Of a stretch of DNA of 64,000 bases, positions 10,996 to 23,438 are shown piece after piece. The translations under genes were made by a program, and so were the position numbers. Origin of the DNA: Centroscyllium fabricii (taxonomy: Eukaryota); NCBI GenBank assembly GCA_051313645.2, contig JBNRSN020000022.1, forward strand, positions 57,970,001-58,034,000. The letters are read 5' to 3'. The stretch's first letter is position 1. Every line of letters starts with the position of its first letter. The notes beneath the pieces are model-generated. The model was given only the letters and a program-made list of their open reading frames with translations, ran no database searches and was not told the origin of the DNA.

Positions 10996-11599
10996 AGGTC
11001 TAGAGGACTATGTCCAGGCAGAAATTGGCATCTATCCTGGCTCTGGGTACCAATATGAATCAATAATGGAATAGATAACCATTGTATCTTCCATTCAGTA
11101 TCTTGAGATCCCTTACTGAGCTTTACAAAGCGGTAATACTGCAGATAAGGGCATCCGCTAACATATCACACTGGCTCACCCTTTTTTTCAGGGTGTTAAC
11201 TAGAGTGAACCATATCCCCAGGTGAGTCTGCCAGCAACACCATAATCATCTGCAAAAGGAGCACTGCAATATTCCAAAAAAAGTGACTGGAAGAGACACC
11301 CTGATGCCATCCAAACATAATTGAAGACGTTGAATAAGATGGGTAGTATTAGACAACCTTGGCGTAGGGGAATCGAGGGATATGGGGATCAGGTGGGAAA
11401 GTGAAGCGGAGGTAGATCAGCCATGATCTTATTGAATGGCAAAGCCGGCGTGAGGGGCTGTATGGCCCACTCCTGCCCTTCATTTTTATGTTCTTATCTA
11501 CTCTGGAGTCTGTAAAACAGTGTTCTAATTAGATCTCGCCAAATCTGTCCTGTAGGAGATCAGTTTGGATTTGTGTTGACCCATACAGGATACTTTGGG

Positions 11600-11780
11600 T
11601 TTCTAAAAGTCAGTCAGCATCTGTAAAGGTGGTTCTAAAAAATGGGTTAATGTTTTGGGCGTAAGACCCTTTTTCTTAGAACACACCTGGAACGTTAACC
11701 TATGTTTTCTCTTAACAGATATTGTGTATTTCCAGGACTTTCTATTTTTATTTCCGATTTCTGGAATTACAGTTTTTATT
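11600..11780. mobile_element. Degenerate Penelope-like terminal palindromic fragment
   Basis: CAGCATCTGT...GTTAATGTTT followed by its rough inverse AACGTTAAC...ACAGAT. Related to the cargo at about 46612-46720. Family assignment is from recall. Confidence 0.4.
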
Positions 11781-11962
11781 TCTAGGTTTCTGAACATGAG
11801 GTGAAACTCAAGAAATCTAGAAGAAAGTAATGTTGGCAGACCTGAAGCTACTGTGGAATAAGTTAATAATGCTACCCTCTAATCTTACAGTAGATTTTGT
11901 ATTTTGACCTTTATGATTTAATTTTAATTTAACACCATTCTCCCTTTCTGGATTTTGTTCAG

Positions 11963-12088
11963 GTATCGGAAGTTAGAAGAACATTAACACCTTCAAATTC
12001 ACCAGTATCATCACCAAGTAAAAATGGAGACCGGTTTATTCCTTCAAGAGCAGCAGCAAACTGGAGTATAAACTTTCACAGAATAAAT
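11963..12088 (+). CDS. fzr1: FZR1/Cdh1 in-window exon 1 (C-box DRFIPSR); the ATG exon is upstream of the window
   Basis: ag|VSEVRRTLTPSNSPVSSPSKNGDRFIPSRAAANWSINFHRIN|gt, 126 nt. Confidence 0.97.
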
Positions 12089-12302
12089 GTATGTTATTGC
12101 TGAAAGCACTCAGTATTGTAGGCATTTTTTTGGGGGGGGGGGATATTTATACATTAAGAGCTAGATTAAATTGACCTTAAATGCTTGCTTTAATGAGCTT
12201 CACTGTACTTCCATTCTTGTTCAACATAACCCTCAGAATATTTGTGGATCCAGATAAAGTTAGTTATATCTTACTTCCCATTGCTATTGTACCACCAACA
12301 TT

Positions 12303-13028
12303 CTTCGGCCCATCGTGTCTGCACCGGCCATCAAGCCCTGTCTATTCTAATCCCATTTTCCAGCATTTGGTCCGCAGCCTTGTATGCTATGGCATTTCAA
12401 GTGCTCTTCCAAATGCTTCTTGAATGTTGAGGGTTCCTGCCTCCACCACCCTTTCGGGCAGCGAGTTCCAGATTCTAACCACCCTCTGGGTGAAAAGGTT
12501 CTTCCTCAAATCCCCTCTAAATCTCCTGCCCTTTACCTTGAAACTATGCCCCCTTGTTATTGACTCCTCTACTAAGGGAAAAAGTTCCTTTCTATCTACT
12601 CTATCTATGCCCCTCATAATTTTGTACACCTCAATCAGGTACCCCCTCAGCCTTCTCTGCTCCAAGGAAAACAACCCCAGCCTGTCCAGTCTCTCTTCAT
12701 CGCTGAACCGCTCCAGCCCAGGTAACATCCTGGTGAATCTCCTCTGCACCCTCTCCAAAGCAATCACATCCTTCCTATAGTGTGGTGACCAGAACTGCAC
12801 ACAGTACTCCAGCTGTGGCCTTACCAACGTTTTGTACAGCTCCATCATAACCTCTCTGCTCTTATATTCTGTGCCTCGGCTAATGCAGGTAAGTACCCCA
12901 TATGCCTTTTTAACCACATTATCTACCTGTCCTGCTGCCTTCAGGGATCTATGTACCTGCACACTAAGGTCCCTCTGATCCTCTGTCTTTCCTAGGGTCT
13001 TACCATTCATTGTGTATTCCCTTGCCTA
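12303..13028 (-). mobile_element. CR1 LINE 3' fragment
   Basis: ORF 12387-13010 (LYKTLVRPQLEYCVQFWSP...FTQRVVRIWNSLP) matches the ORF2 C-terminus. Confidence 0.9.
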
Positions 13029-13685
13029 TATTAATATATTATTAATCCCCAGCCTGCTGCTCACTGATTTCTATTGTGGGTTCAAATGGAATTTCAGGTT
13101 TTCATTACAGTATCTTATATCGATTAAAAACCTGTTAGGTGAGTAGCACTCTTACTGTTGTGCCTGGGCTTGCCTTTTGAATGTAAATAGGCTGACTAAA
13201 TTTGCTGCAAATTGCCACCAATTTGTAGATTGACCTTATTCTCCACCTTCTCTCCTTTCCCAGACAGTGAGTGGGAGATAGATGTGGAAAGAGATGGGAT
13301 TGACCAGGTGAAGTGTATGTTGACTGGTAGAAAGTACTTTCAGTGCAGCATAATTCCCAGCCACCTTTTTCTCCCCTCTTCCATCTCCCATCTACCCTAC
13401 AGAGAGTTCCAGATATGTGGGAGCCCCTCCAATCAGCTCTCCAGATATGTGGGGTGGGGGAGCGGTGCTCAACCAATGCTGCAGCAGGTCTGCCAGTGAT
13501 TGGCTGCCGTTGTGTTATCAACGATTAGCATCTTTCTCTATTTGAAGTCGTCCGCAATTTAAAACTGCAATCCTTTATGAAAAATGTCCAGAGGAGAAAT
13601 AGACAATGAGCACTAGTGGAAAGATTGGGGGAGATGACCAAAAGTATGGTTGAAAAGTGTAACAGAATAAAGGTTAGCCCATTTT

Positions 13686-14284
13686 GAGTATAGGGTTTGA
13701 GTACAGGAGCAAGGATGTCTTGCTGCAGTTGTACAGGGCCTTGGTGTGTGTGCAGTTTTGGTCACCTTATCTGAGGAAGCATGTTCTTGCCATGGAAGGA
13801 GTGCAGTGAAGATTCACCAGTCTGATACCTGGGATGGCAGGAAAGACGTATGAGGAGAGATTGAATCGATTGGGCTTATACTCGCTGGAGTTTAGAAGAA
13901 TGAGAGGGGATCTCATTGAAACTTATGCAATTCTGACAGGACTAGACAGAATAGATGCAGGAAGGATGTTCCCGATGGTGAGTCCAGAACCAGGGGTTAC
14001 AGCCTAAGGATAAGGGGTAAGCCATTTAGGACAGAAATGAGGAGGAATTTCTTCACCCAGAGAGTGGTGAACCTGTGGAATTCTCTACCACAGAAGACAG
14101 TAGAGGCCAATTCATTAAATATAGTCAAGAAGGAGTTGGATATATTTCTTAAGGCTAAAGGGGTATGGGGAGAAAGCAGGGACAGGGTACTAAATTTGGA
14201 TGATCAGCCATGATCGCATTGAATGGTGGAGCAGGCTCGAGGGGCCGAATGTCCTACTCCTGCTCCTATCTTCTTTGTTTCTAT
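13686..14284 (+). mobile_element. CR1 LINE 3' fragment with the tail shared by the SINE
   Basis: Decayed ORF2 C-terminus followed by GATCAGCCATGATC...CCTACTCCTGCTCCTAT. Confidence 0.85.
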
Positions 14285-14934
14285 ATTTTAAGTGGCATTA
14301 AATTATTCTATTTGTGGAAATTTGCTTCTGCTTAAAAAGTATTGTTCTTCCAGAGTCACATTCTTGAGCCTTAATTGTTACGAATAAGGTAAACGGTCAT
14401 GTGCCATTGTAGTTTGTGTGCACAATTGTCTGAACAAGTGGGTGTCACAAACTGCAGATAGGCCGCATGGTTTTTGTGATACTGAGAAAGCTTATTAGCC
14501 TACATTTTCTCAAGTGCTGTTGTGCTCCAGAAGCTTTTCATTCTTCGTGGAACTTTTGCTACAACAATTGCTTTTTGTTCTTTGTTTTTTTGAGACTTTT
14601 TATATAATGCAGCCGATCTTCTGTGGTGTTGCCCACAGCAAGAACAGAAGTCTTGTACACTATGTAATGCACAATGTATTATTCTGCTGTACTTTTAAAA
14701 CCAAGGAATATAATTACTGTTAAAGAAATCATCCTTGGGTTGATTAGAGTTTAATTTCTGCGCAGTGTGAAAAATGCTTGTAAATTTTGGGCATTAAGTG
14801 ACTGTCTTTCTCCGTGCAATTGTTTTGCTTTTGCAGCAAAGCGTGATGGGCAAAATACATGTAAGAGGCAATAATTATATATAAATATATAGATGTATAA
14901 TAAACCACTAAAATAGTCACTAGACAGCAAGGCT

Positions 14935-15650
14935 CCAAGGTACACTTACCCTGCACTTCTGCCGTTTTGCAATTATGGGATGTGAAATCCCGAGTTGTAC
15001 AGCTGCTGCAAGCTCCAAGCGACCTGGTGCAACTCAACGGAGGAGTTAGTGGGAGAAATCGCACGGGACCACGTGATCTGCAGGGAGCCAATCAATGGAA
15101 GCAATCCTCCATTCATAACTTACACAGAGAAATCTGTGTAAGTTATGAAAAGGAAGAGCTTCAAAAACACATCCAAACACAAAAATAAAATTTAAAAAAC
15201 ACCACATTTTTTAACAATACTCTAACATAAATTACCTATTTTAAAGAAAAAATATAAATTTAGATTATTTTTTTTTAGAGTCTTTAACTGGCCTAAAAGA
15301 ATACTTACCTGTCTTTAAAGTTTAAAAAAATTAAAAACCTGTTAAAACAATACTTAAATTCTATAAAATAAAGACTTACCTGCTAAAAACTGGTGGTTCC
15401 GGCTGATATTTTCAAGTGTAAAATCTTCCATACTTACCCTGATAAAAAACTCGGGAAAAAATCGGAAGTCCACTGCGCACCTCCTGGTGCACAGGCGAAC
15501 GCAATCCAGCCGGCTGCAGCTCGCGATCCCTCGCTATACGCCATCGGAATTGCAGGTAGCAGCTGGAAACGGCTGCTACCTGCAATTCGGAGCTCGGGTG
15601 CGTGAGCACCTGGCTCAAAAACCTCCCGCGATCATCGTAATTTTTGGCCC
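14935..15650 (+). mobile_element. Harbinger-type MITE, left end not resolved; relative of 19113-19862
   Basis: Right end AATTTTTGGCCC|ATT. Shares CACGTG, GAGCCAATC, CTCCATTCATAA and four ACTTACC motifs, in the same order, with 19113-19862. Confidence 0.6.
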
Positions 15651-16652
15651 ATTAAGTAGTAAATGTGCCAGTATTTTTAATAGCCCGGAGCTCATTACAA
15701 GTAGATCCCGTCCTATTGGAGTACAAAATGATGCCAAGTTTGTGTTCTATATACTTGACACTCTGTAAACTTGCGCATTTGCTAAGATTTTTTTGGTGTA
15801 CCAAACAGTGATATAAGGTCCAGGAGTTATTGGATATGAAGGTAGAAAGACACCATTGTTCTCTGAATTGTGGGGGGGTTTATTTTCTTTGAAGAATGCT
15901 GCATGGCTCAGTCCTTTTTGAAAAGTATCCTGGAGCTCTGAAGCTGCTAGATCTCTAATTACAGAGCTGCTATAGAACTTAGGCTTTAGCAAAATGTCTG
16001 CCATCTATCTGTTAACCCACCTAATAAAAAATGTGGCTTGGATCTTGTCAGCAGTGATTTTATTAATGGAATTACTGTACCAGGTTCTTTCCTAATTGAT
16101 TAACCAAATTTGGGTTTAAAAAAAGCAATAAGCATATTTTTTAAAGAATTTTTTTCATGGCCAGTGTAATTGTAGCTAGCTGATCACAGCATATGTGGTT
16201 TGTCGGTTGTAAAAGTATATTGTTCACTCTGACCTACATACTAATGTTGAGTTGTACATCTGGCTATAAGTTAAAATCGCCAGACCAGTAGCCAGGAAAA
16301 CAAAATTATTAGTCTACAGCAAAAAAAACCCCACATTGATCTGTAAGCATATTAATGCACATCACCATTCAGAAATAGATCTGGGGACCATTTCTAAGAT
16401 GCTTTTGTTGATGATAAGCCTCTGTTTTATTCAAATCCTAATTTTATAGCTTTACAATTTGATATCTTTGGCCATGACAAACATTGAAAAACAGCCAAGA
16501 TTGAATGTTTTGCAACACCTTGGGATGTTTTACTATGTTAAAGGCGCTATATAAATTCAAGTTGTTGTTGGTGCTGCATGAATGACCTGTGTAAAATTGA
16601 GCATTGAATACATATAACTGAAAATATATTCTGATTTTTGTCTCTGTTCTAG

Positions 16653-16716
16653 GAAAATGAAAAATCACCCAGTCAAAACAGAAAAGCAAAAGACGCAACC
16701 TCTGACAATGGCAAAG
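16653..16716 (+). CDS. fzr1: FZR1 in-window exon 2
   Basis: ag|ENEKSPSQNRKAKDATSDNGK+G|gt, 64 nt. Confidence 0.97.
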
Positions 16717-17192
16717 GTTCAGTACATCATTTTGTAGTTATTTTAGTTATTCCTCATTCATTTGTTAAATCCAAGGTTAAAATTAAGATTTTACAATCTT
16801 TACACATTCGAAAAAGGCAGTTTTGCAGATTATGTCCAGACTTAAAGAAAAAATGTAACATAAAGGTAAAACAATAGTGTGTGGGAACTAATTTATTTCG
16901 CTGTTGAGGTTGGAAATGAAGACAGATAATATATTAAGATAATTACAGGAATGAGCGTGTAGCAGGGTTGCCTCTGCCCATTCCTGTTTTTCCTTCTTCA
17001 CCCTCTACCCTTTACCCTCCACCCCAAAGGGATCATCACTCACTATTCCGGGCAGACAGATGGACCAACCACTGTAACAGTCCACATTAATGCAGCGATG
17101 CACCGATGACCCAAGTTTACCTCCATTGCTCCTTCACCAACTTCAACAATGTGTACAAAGTGCGAAAAGCAGAAACAAAATGCATACACATA

Positions 17193-17712
17193 CAGGTTGA
17201 GCACCATTAATCCGGCACCCGATGGTCCCCCGGCAACTTCAGTGGTTCGGCACGAATCGGAACTGGCGGCCTTCAGTTTGTGGAGCAGCCGCTCGGTGGT
17301 GCCGCCAGTTCCCGCGAAGGGTAGACAAGCATCGGGCGTTTGGGTTGCTGCTGGACAGTGTTCTATCCTCGGGCTCCCTCCCGGGAAGTGTTCTACCGTG
17401 CGCTCCGGGCCCCGGGGAGTGTTCTACCGCGCGCTACGGGCCCCGGGGAGTGTTCTATCCCCGGGCTCCCTCCCGGGAAGTGTTCTACCGTGCGCTCCGG
17501 GCCCCAGGGAATGTTCTACCGCGTGCTCCGGGCCCCAGGGAATGTTCTACCGCGTGCTCCGGGCCCCGGGGAGTGTTCTACCGCGCGCTCCGGGACCCGG
17601 GGAGTGTTCTACCGCGCGCTCCCCCCCCCCCCCAAACCTTCAGTGATCTGAATTTTCAGTAATCCGGCACCGGCCTGGTCCCGAGGGTGCCGGATTAACG
17701 GTGCTCAACCTG
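17193..17712. mobile_element. Tc1/mariner-superfamily (pogo/Tigger-like) MITE with an internal 31-bp GC-rich tandem array
   Basis: TA|CAGGTTGAGCACCATTAATCCGGCACCC ... GGGTGCCGGATTAACGGTGCTCAACCTG|TA. Unit approx. GGGAGTGTTCTACCGCGCGCTCCGGGCCCCG. Confidence 0.85.
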
Positions 17713-19112
17713 TACTTGGGAGGGAAGGTCCAAATGGTTGGTTATAACCACTCAATAGAAAAACATTTAAAGGCACATGTGCATTTAATTCCTAACTTAC
17801 TGTTTTGTAAAACATTCAATCTTGGCTATTTTGCAATATTTGTAATGGTCCAAGAATAAGACATTAAATTGTATTAAACTGTAATGCTTTAAAATTAGGA
17901 TTTGAATAAAACAGGCTCATCATCACCAAAAGAGTAAAGGGAGCGGTTAGAAAACAATTTATGCTGAGGGTTGTTGAGAAACATTGGGGGAAGCGGAATC
18001 CATAATGGATTTTAAAAGTGAAGTGGATACATATTTGAAAAATAAAAAACTTAAGTGTCTGAGTAAATGGTAGCGGGATGAGACTAAATGGTTAGGTGTC
18101 AGCATTAGCTGACAGTAGCACTCTCACCTCTGAGTCAAACGGTTGCAGGTTCATCATCTTGGCTGACATTCCAGTGCAGCACTGTGGGAGTGTTGCACTG
18201 CCTTCAGCTGCACACTTCTACCACTAGATGGACCTTCTGAGCTTCAGACCAACAACATCACTAATGTACTCTGATGAAAATGTGCTTTGTCTTGAATTTC
18301 TTTGGGCAAAGCCGCCACAGAAGATCCACAAGTATATAATTTTTTTAAATCATTCTCCGTTTTGTTGTACATAAACTGTCGTGTGTTGTATGCCTTCACT
18401 GCACACACTGCTTTGTAGCATAGGGAGGTGACATGCAAAAGTTATATTGAGATGCTCTAATATTGAGATGCTCTAATTTTCAAACGATCATCAGTTTAAC
18501 TATTCACACACAATTGTAGAGAAATTGTACTGAACTAAAGCAGGCCTCTGCATAATACTGAAATGTGTACTCAATAGTGGGTGTAAGTAGGGATATTATA
18601 ACTGTTATGACCACTACAATGTGCACTGCTCAATTTAAAAGCCTTTCTTGGTGAACGTAGAAATGAAGAAATCCTGAAAATGAAATCTGCTAAATGTGAA
18701 ATTTTGGTTTAAAACTTAAACTATACTCTGAGGGAAATTTGCTTTGTCCTGACTTTCTGTGGTCAAAGCCACAGGAAATCCACTTTTTCAAAACACTAAG
18801 TCAGTTGCCCAGCTCTCATGATGATATTGTGATTTTAAATCATCAGTTTATTAAACGGTGGTCATATTTAGTGTCTCATGTACGTGATCCAGCTATCCCT
18901 AAATCAACGGTAAACTTGTTTGTTGCTGAAATTAAAACTTTCGTGTTTGGGAAACAGCTGGTGAAGTGTTGCTCAGATGTAGAAACTATAATACTCCCCT
19001 GTATCATTCAGTTGGACCCCATATTATTTCAAGTCACATGAATTGATCACAGAAAACATCTGCCCTTCACTGTGATGCCCACTGGCAGTTAACAAATTAG
19101 CTGTAACTAATT

Positions 19113-19862
19113 GACCCAGAAATTCGGTTTGGAGGCTTCCCGCGTATGTAAGCCTCCAACCTGCACTTACCTAGCGCGCCGGCCATTGAGCTGTGGGCCC
19201 GTGTGGAATTCCGATCCTGGGCCTGCTTCAACTGCCGGCACATTGTGCTCACGTATCCCAGCGGCGCAGTTAGTGTGATGGATCACGTGGGCCACGGAGA
19301 GCCAATCGGAGCACAGAATGCTCCATTCATAAGTTTGACAGGAAGAGCTGTCAAAAGTATGAAAACTACAAGCCCCAAAACATCACTGAAACTTCAAATA
19401 CATTTTTTTAAAATTACTTTTTTTAAATAACTATCAATTACATTGAATAACTATTTTAAACAATTTAAATTTTTGAAAAAAATTAATTATTTTTTCTGAC
19501 AGGGCTAAAATAAACTTACCTTTCTTTAAAGTATTTAAAAATAATAAACCTGTGGATAGAATGTTTTAATTTGAATTAATTCACCACTTACCTTGTTAAA
19601 AACAGGCTTTGCAGATTAAAATATCAGCCCTAACTTTTTCAGACTTACCCGGACGCAGAATTTTTTTTTAAAAAGCGGAAGTGCAGTGCGCACGCGCTGC
19701 TGCTCCCGCGCACACGTTCTGACCTCTGAACCCTTCTGTCAAGAGACCAGAAGTGCCGGTTTTACGAGCATGCACTGTGCATGCACGAAACCGGCATTTT
19801 GGATGGGCCTATGTGTGAGTACCCAGCGCGTGCTCACCCGTGGGGACCCGAATTTCTGGGCC
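19113..19862 (+). mobile_element. PIF/Harbinger-type MITE
   Basis: TIRs GACCCAGAAATTCGG / CCGAATTTCTGGGCC and TSD ATT on both sides. Confidence 0.8.
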
Positions 19863-20095
19863 ATTGTTACTGCTCAGAAAGACACAACATTTAATGTTGT
19901 TAAACCACCCAGCTTTCCCCTTCCCTGTTTAAAGTTCTTTCAGCCTTGCTTATTGCAAAATGCAGCAGGATAAAAGTCCTTACAAATATTACAACAAACT
20001 CTTTAGCAAAGTGCTGCAAGTAAAAACTGTGCATGCTTGAGCTTTTTAAAATTGAGATTTTCTTACTTTTCTTCTGGCCCTGTTTTACTTGACAG

Positions 20096-20223
20096 ATGGA
20101 CTTGCTTATTCTGCATTACTTAAAAACGAGCTGCTTGGGGCAGGGATTGAAAAAGTTCAGGACCCTCAAACAGAAGATAGAAGATTACAGCCTTCAACAC
20201 CTGAAAAGAAAAGTTTATTCAAG
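20096..20223 (+). CDS. fzr1: FZR1 in-window exon 3
   Basis: ag|(D)GLAYSALLKNELLGAGIEKVQDPQTEDRRLQPSTPEKKSLFK|gt, 128 nt. Confidence 0.97.
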
Positions 20224-20491
20224 GTATGAACTGCTCATTCCTCAAAACAAAACAAAACTGCTGCTGTTTTATAATAGGAGTTTTACTCTTTTTTAACCCA
20301 TCCTATCATAGCCAGAGCATCTCCCCAATGGCTCTTTCTACCCCTGCAATGTTGTCTCTGGAGTCCCCCAAGGTTCTATCCATGGCCGCCTCTTCCTCAT
20401 CCACTTTCTGCTCCTTGGTGACACCATCTGAAGACATGGGATGAGGTTCTATAATGTACACTGATGACAACCAGCTCTACCTCTCGACCCA

Positions 20492-21178
20492 TCCACTCCT
20501 GTGTTAGACTGCTTGTCCACTCCTGTGTTAGACTGCTTGTCCACTCCTGTGTTAGACTGCTTGTCCACTCCTGTGTTAGACTGCTTGTCCACTCCTGTGT
20601 TAGACTGCTTGTCCACTCCTGTGTTAGACTGCTTGTCCACTCCTGTGTTAGACTGCTGGTCCACTCCTGTGTTAGACTGCTGGTCCACTCCTGTGTTAGA
20701 CTGCTGGTCCACTCCTGTGTTAGACTGCTGGTCCACTCCTGTGTTAGACTGCTGGTCCACTCCTGGGTTAGACTGCTGGTCCACTCCTGGGTTAGACTGC
20801 TGGTCCACTCCTGGGTTAGACTGCTGGTCCACTCCTGGGTTAGACTGCTGGTCCACTCCTGGGTTAGACTGCTGGTCCACTCCTGGGTTAGACTGCTGGT
20901 CCACTCCTGGGTTAGACTGCTGGTCCACTCCTGTGTTAGACTGCTGGTCCACTCCTGTGTTAGACTGCTGGTCCACTCCTGTGTTAGACTGCTGGTCCAC
21001 TCCTGTGTTAGACTGCTGGTCCACTCCTGTGTTAGACTGCTGGTCCACTCCTGTGTTAGACTGCTGGTCCACTCCTGTGTTAGACTGCTGGTCCACTCCT
21101 GTGTTAGACTGCTGGTCCACTCCTGTGTTAGACTGCTGGTCCACTCCTGTGTTAGACTGCTGGTCCACTCCTGTGTTA
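20492..21178. repeat. 24-bp minisatellite, left array (about 28 units)
   Basis: Unit TCCACTCCTGTGTTAGACTGCT(T/G)G with blocks of variant units. Confidence 0.98.
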
Positions 21179-21755
21179 AGGCCCTGTCACACCTAGGCGT
21201 TTTAGACAGCATATGCAAATTTGGCTAAAACGCTGAATTTTTGACTTTTTTTCAGTTTTGGGCGTATAATAGCGTATTCATAACGTATGCATAACGTATT
21301 AGTAACGTACACAGAACGTATCGATAACTTACAGATAACTTATACCAACGAATGCTTAGCGTGTTGTCGGCGTTCTCAACTTATGCCCAACGATAGTCTA
21401 ACGTATGCATAGCGCGCGGCAGCGTATCGCCGACGTTTTAGATAAATTTTGATAAATTGGCATACTAAATCGTCAAGTTGTGACAGGGCATGACAGGGGC
21501 ACAGGTAAAGTGTGTTCAACGATCGCCTAACGTGCCTACAACGTATGGCCAGCGTATGCGGAACGTGTGAGTCATATGCTGGATAAGTCGAGATTTTTTG
21601 TGCATGCTCAAAAATTCTCGACTTACTCGAAGTACAACGACATATGCAACGTATGCCCAGCGTTCTCGTAACGTTCCCATAACGTATCCGACGTAACCCA
21701 GCGTTTTAGCCAAATTTGCATATGCTGGCTAAAACGTCTAGGTGTGACCGGGCCT
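21179..21755. mobile_element. PIF/Harbinger MITE with long TIRs, inserted in the minisatellite
   Basis: About 55-bp TIR AGGCCCTGTCACACCTAGGCGTTTTAGACAGCATATGCAAATTTGGCTAAAACGCTG (3 mismatches to the other end), TSD TTA, interior rich in AACGTA/GCGTA motifs. Confidence 0.9.
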
Positions 21756-22755
21756 TTAGACTGCTTGTCCACTCCTGTGTTAGACTGCTTGTCCACTCCT
21801 GTGTTAGACTGCTTGTCCACTCCTGTGTTAGACTGCTTGTCCACTCCTGTGTTAGACTGCTTGTCCACTCCTGTGTTAGACTGCTTGTCCACTCCTGTGT
21901 TAGACTGCTTGTCCACTCCTGTGTTAGACTGCTTGTCCACTCCTGTGTTAGACTGCTTGTCCACTCCTGTGTTAGACTGCTGGTCCACTCCTGTGTTAGA
22001 CTGCTGGTCCGCTCCTGTGTTAGACTGCTGGTCCGCTCCTGTGTTAGACTGCTGGTCCGCTCCTGTGTTAGACTGCTGGTCCGCTCCTGTGTTAGACTGC
22101 TGGTCCGCTCCTGTGTTAGACTGCTGGTCCGCTCCTGTGTTAGACTGCTGGTCCGCTCCTGTGTTAGACTGCTGGTCCGCTCCTGTGTTAGACTGCTGGT
22201 CCGCTCCTGTGTTAGACTGCTGGTCCGCTCCTGTGTTAGACTGCTGGTCCGCTCCTGTGTTAGACTGCTGGTCCGCTCCTGTGTTAGACTGCTGGTCCGC
22301 TCCTGTGTTAGACTGCTGGTCCGCTCCTGTGTTAGACTGCTGGTCCGCTCCTGTGTTAGACTGCTGGTCCGCTCCTGTGTTGGACTGCTGGTCCGCTCCT
22401 GTGTTGGACTGCTGGTCCGCTCCTGTGTTGGACTGCTGGTCCGCTCCTGTGTTGGACTGCTGGTCCGCTCCTGTGTTGGACTGCTGGTCCGCTCCTGTGT
22501 TGGACTGCTGGTCCGCTCCTGTGTTGGACTGCTGGTCCGCTCCTGTGTTGGACTGCTGGTCCGCTCCTGTGTTGGACTGCTGGTCCGCTCCTGTGTTGGA
22601 CTGCTGGTCCGCTCCTGTGTTGGACTGCTGGTCCGCTCCTGTGTTGGACTGCTGGTCCGCTCCTGTGTTGGACTGCTGGTCCGCTCCTGTGTTGGACTGC
22701 TGGTCCGCTCCTGTGTTGGACTGCTGGTCCGCTCCTGTGTTGGACTGCTGGTCCA
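21756..22755. repeat. 24-bp minisatellite, right array (about 41 units)
   Basis: Same unit, changing stepwise CTTGT>CTGGT, CCACT>CCGCT and TTAGA>TTGGA. Confidence 0.98.
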
Positions 22756-23438
22756 ACATCTAGTCCTGGATGACCCACAATTTCCTCATTTACTTCCATT
22801 TAATTCAACCATTTCAGCCCTCGGCCCTCACCACCAATTCCATTCCCCTTCCCGGCCACTGTTTCAGTTTGAACCAGACTGTTCGCAACTATTTGACCCC
22901 GAGCTGAGCACTGAGCTCATTTACTCTACATTACAAAGACTGCCTACTTCCATCTCCACAACATTGCCTGGCTCCACCCCTGCGTTAGCTCACCAGCTTC
23001 TCAAACCATCACGCATACCTCCAGACTTGATTACTCCAATGCTGTCCTAGCCAGCCTCCAATGCTCCACCCTCCATAAACATAAGTTGTTCCAAAACTCT
23101 GATGCTTGTGTCCTATCCTATATCAAGACCCCCTTATTCATCACCCTTCTGCTTGCTCACCTTCATTGGCTTCTTGTTCAAATTTAAAATTCTCTTCCTA
23201 GTGTTTAAATCCTTTCATGACCTTGCCCCTCCCTATTTCTGCAATCTCCTCTAGCCTTCTAACCCTCCCAGAACTCTTGTGTATTCCCCCGCGCTCTCTT
23301 TCCATCATTTGCAGCCATGCCTTTAACCATCTAGAGCCTACGGCCTGGAATTCCCTCCCCTAACATCTCCATCTCCTCCTTTTAAGACCCTCCTTAAAGC
23401 ATATCTCTTTGGCAAAGATTTTGTCATCTCTCCTAATA

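Larger units (their letters stand above)
20300..23436 (+). mobile_element. Degenerate L2 LINE 3' half hosting the minisatellite
   Basis: ATGTACACTGATGACAACCAGCTCTACCTCTC (MYTDDNQLYLS, a YADDTQLY-like motif) before the array. L2-like pyrimidine-rich 3' sequence follows it and resembles 33195-33560. Confidence 0.7.

Noticed and set aside
1-11962. fzr1 start-codon exon (MDQDYERRLL-like)
   Set aside because: Not found by eye or in the ORF track; presumed to lie upstream of the window.
15301-15311. U1 snRNA gene or pseudogene
   Set aside because: Only the first 11 nt match; no U1 body or Sm site follows.
20492-22755. CRISPR-like array, or long repeat-protein genes (ORFs up to 444 aa)
   Set aside because: Head-to-tail 24-mers with no unique spacers in a vertebrate intron. 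The ORFs arise because the unit is a multiple of 3 and lacks stops in several frames.
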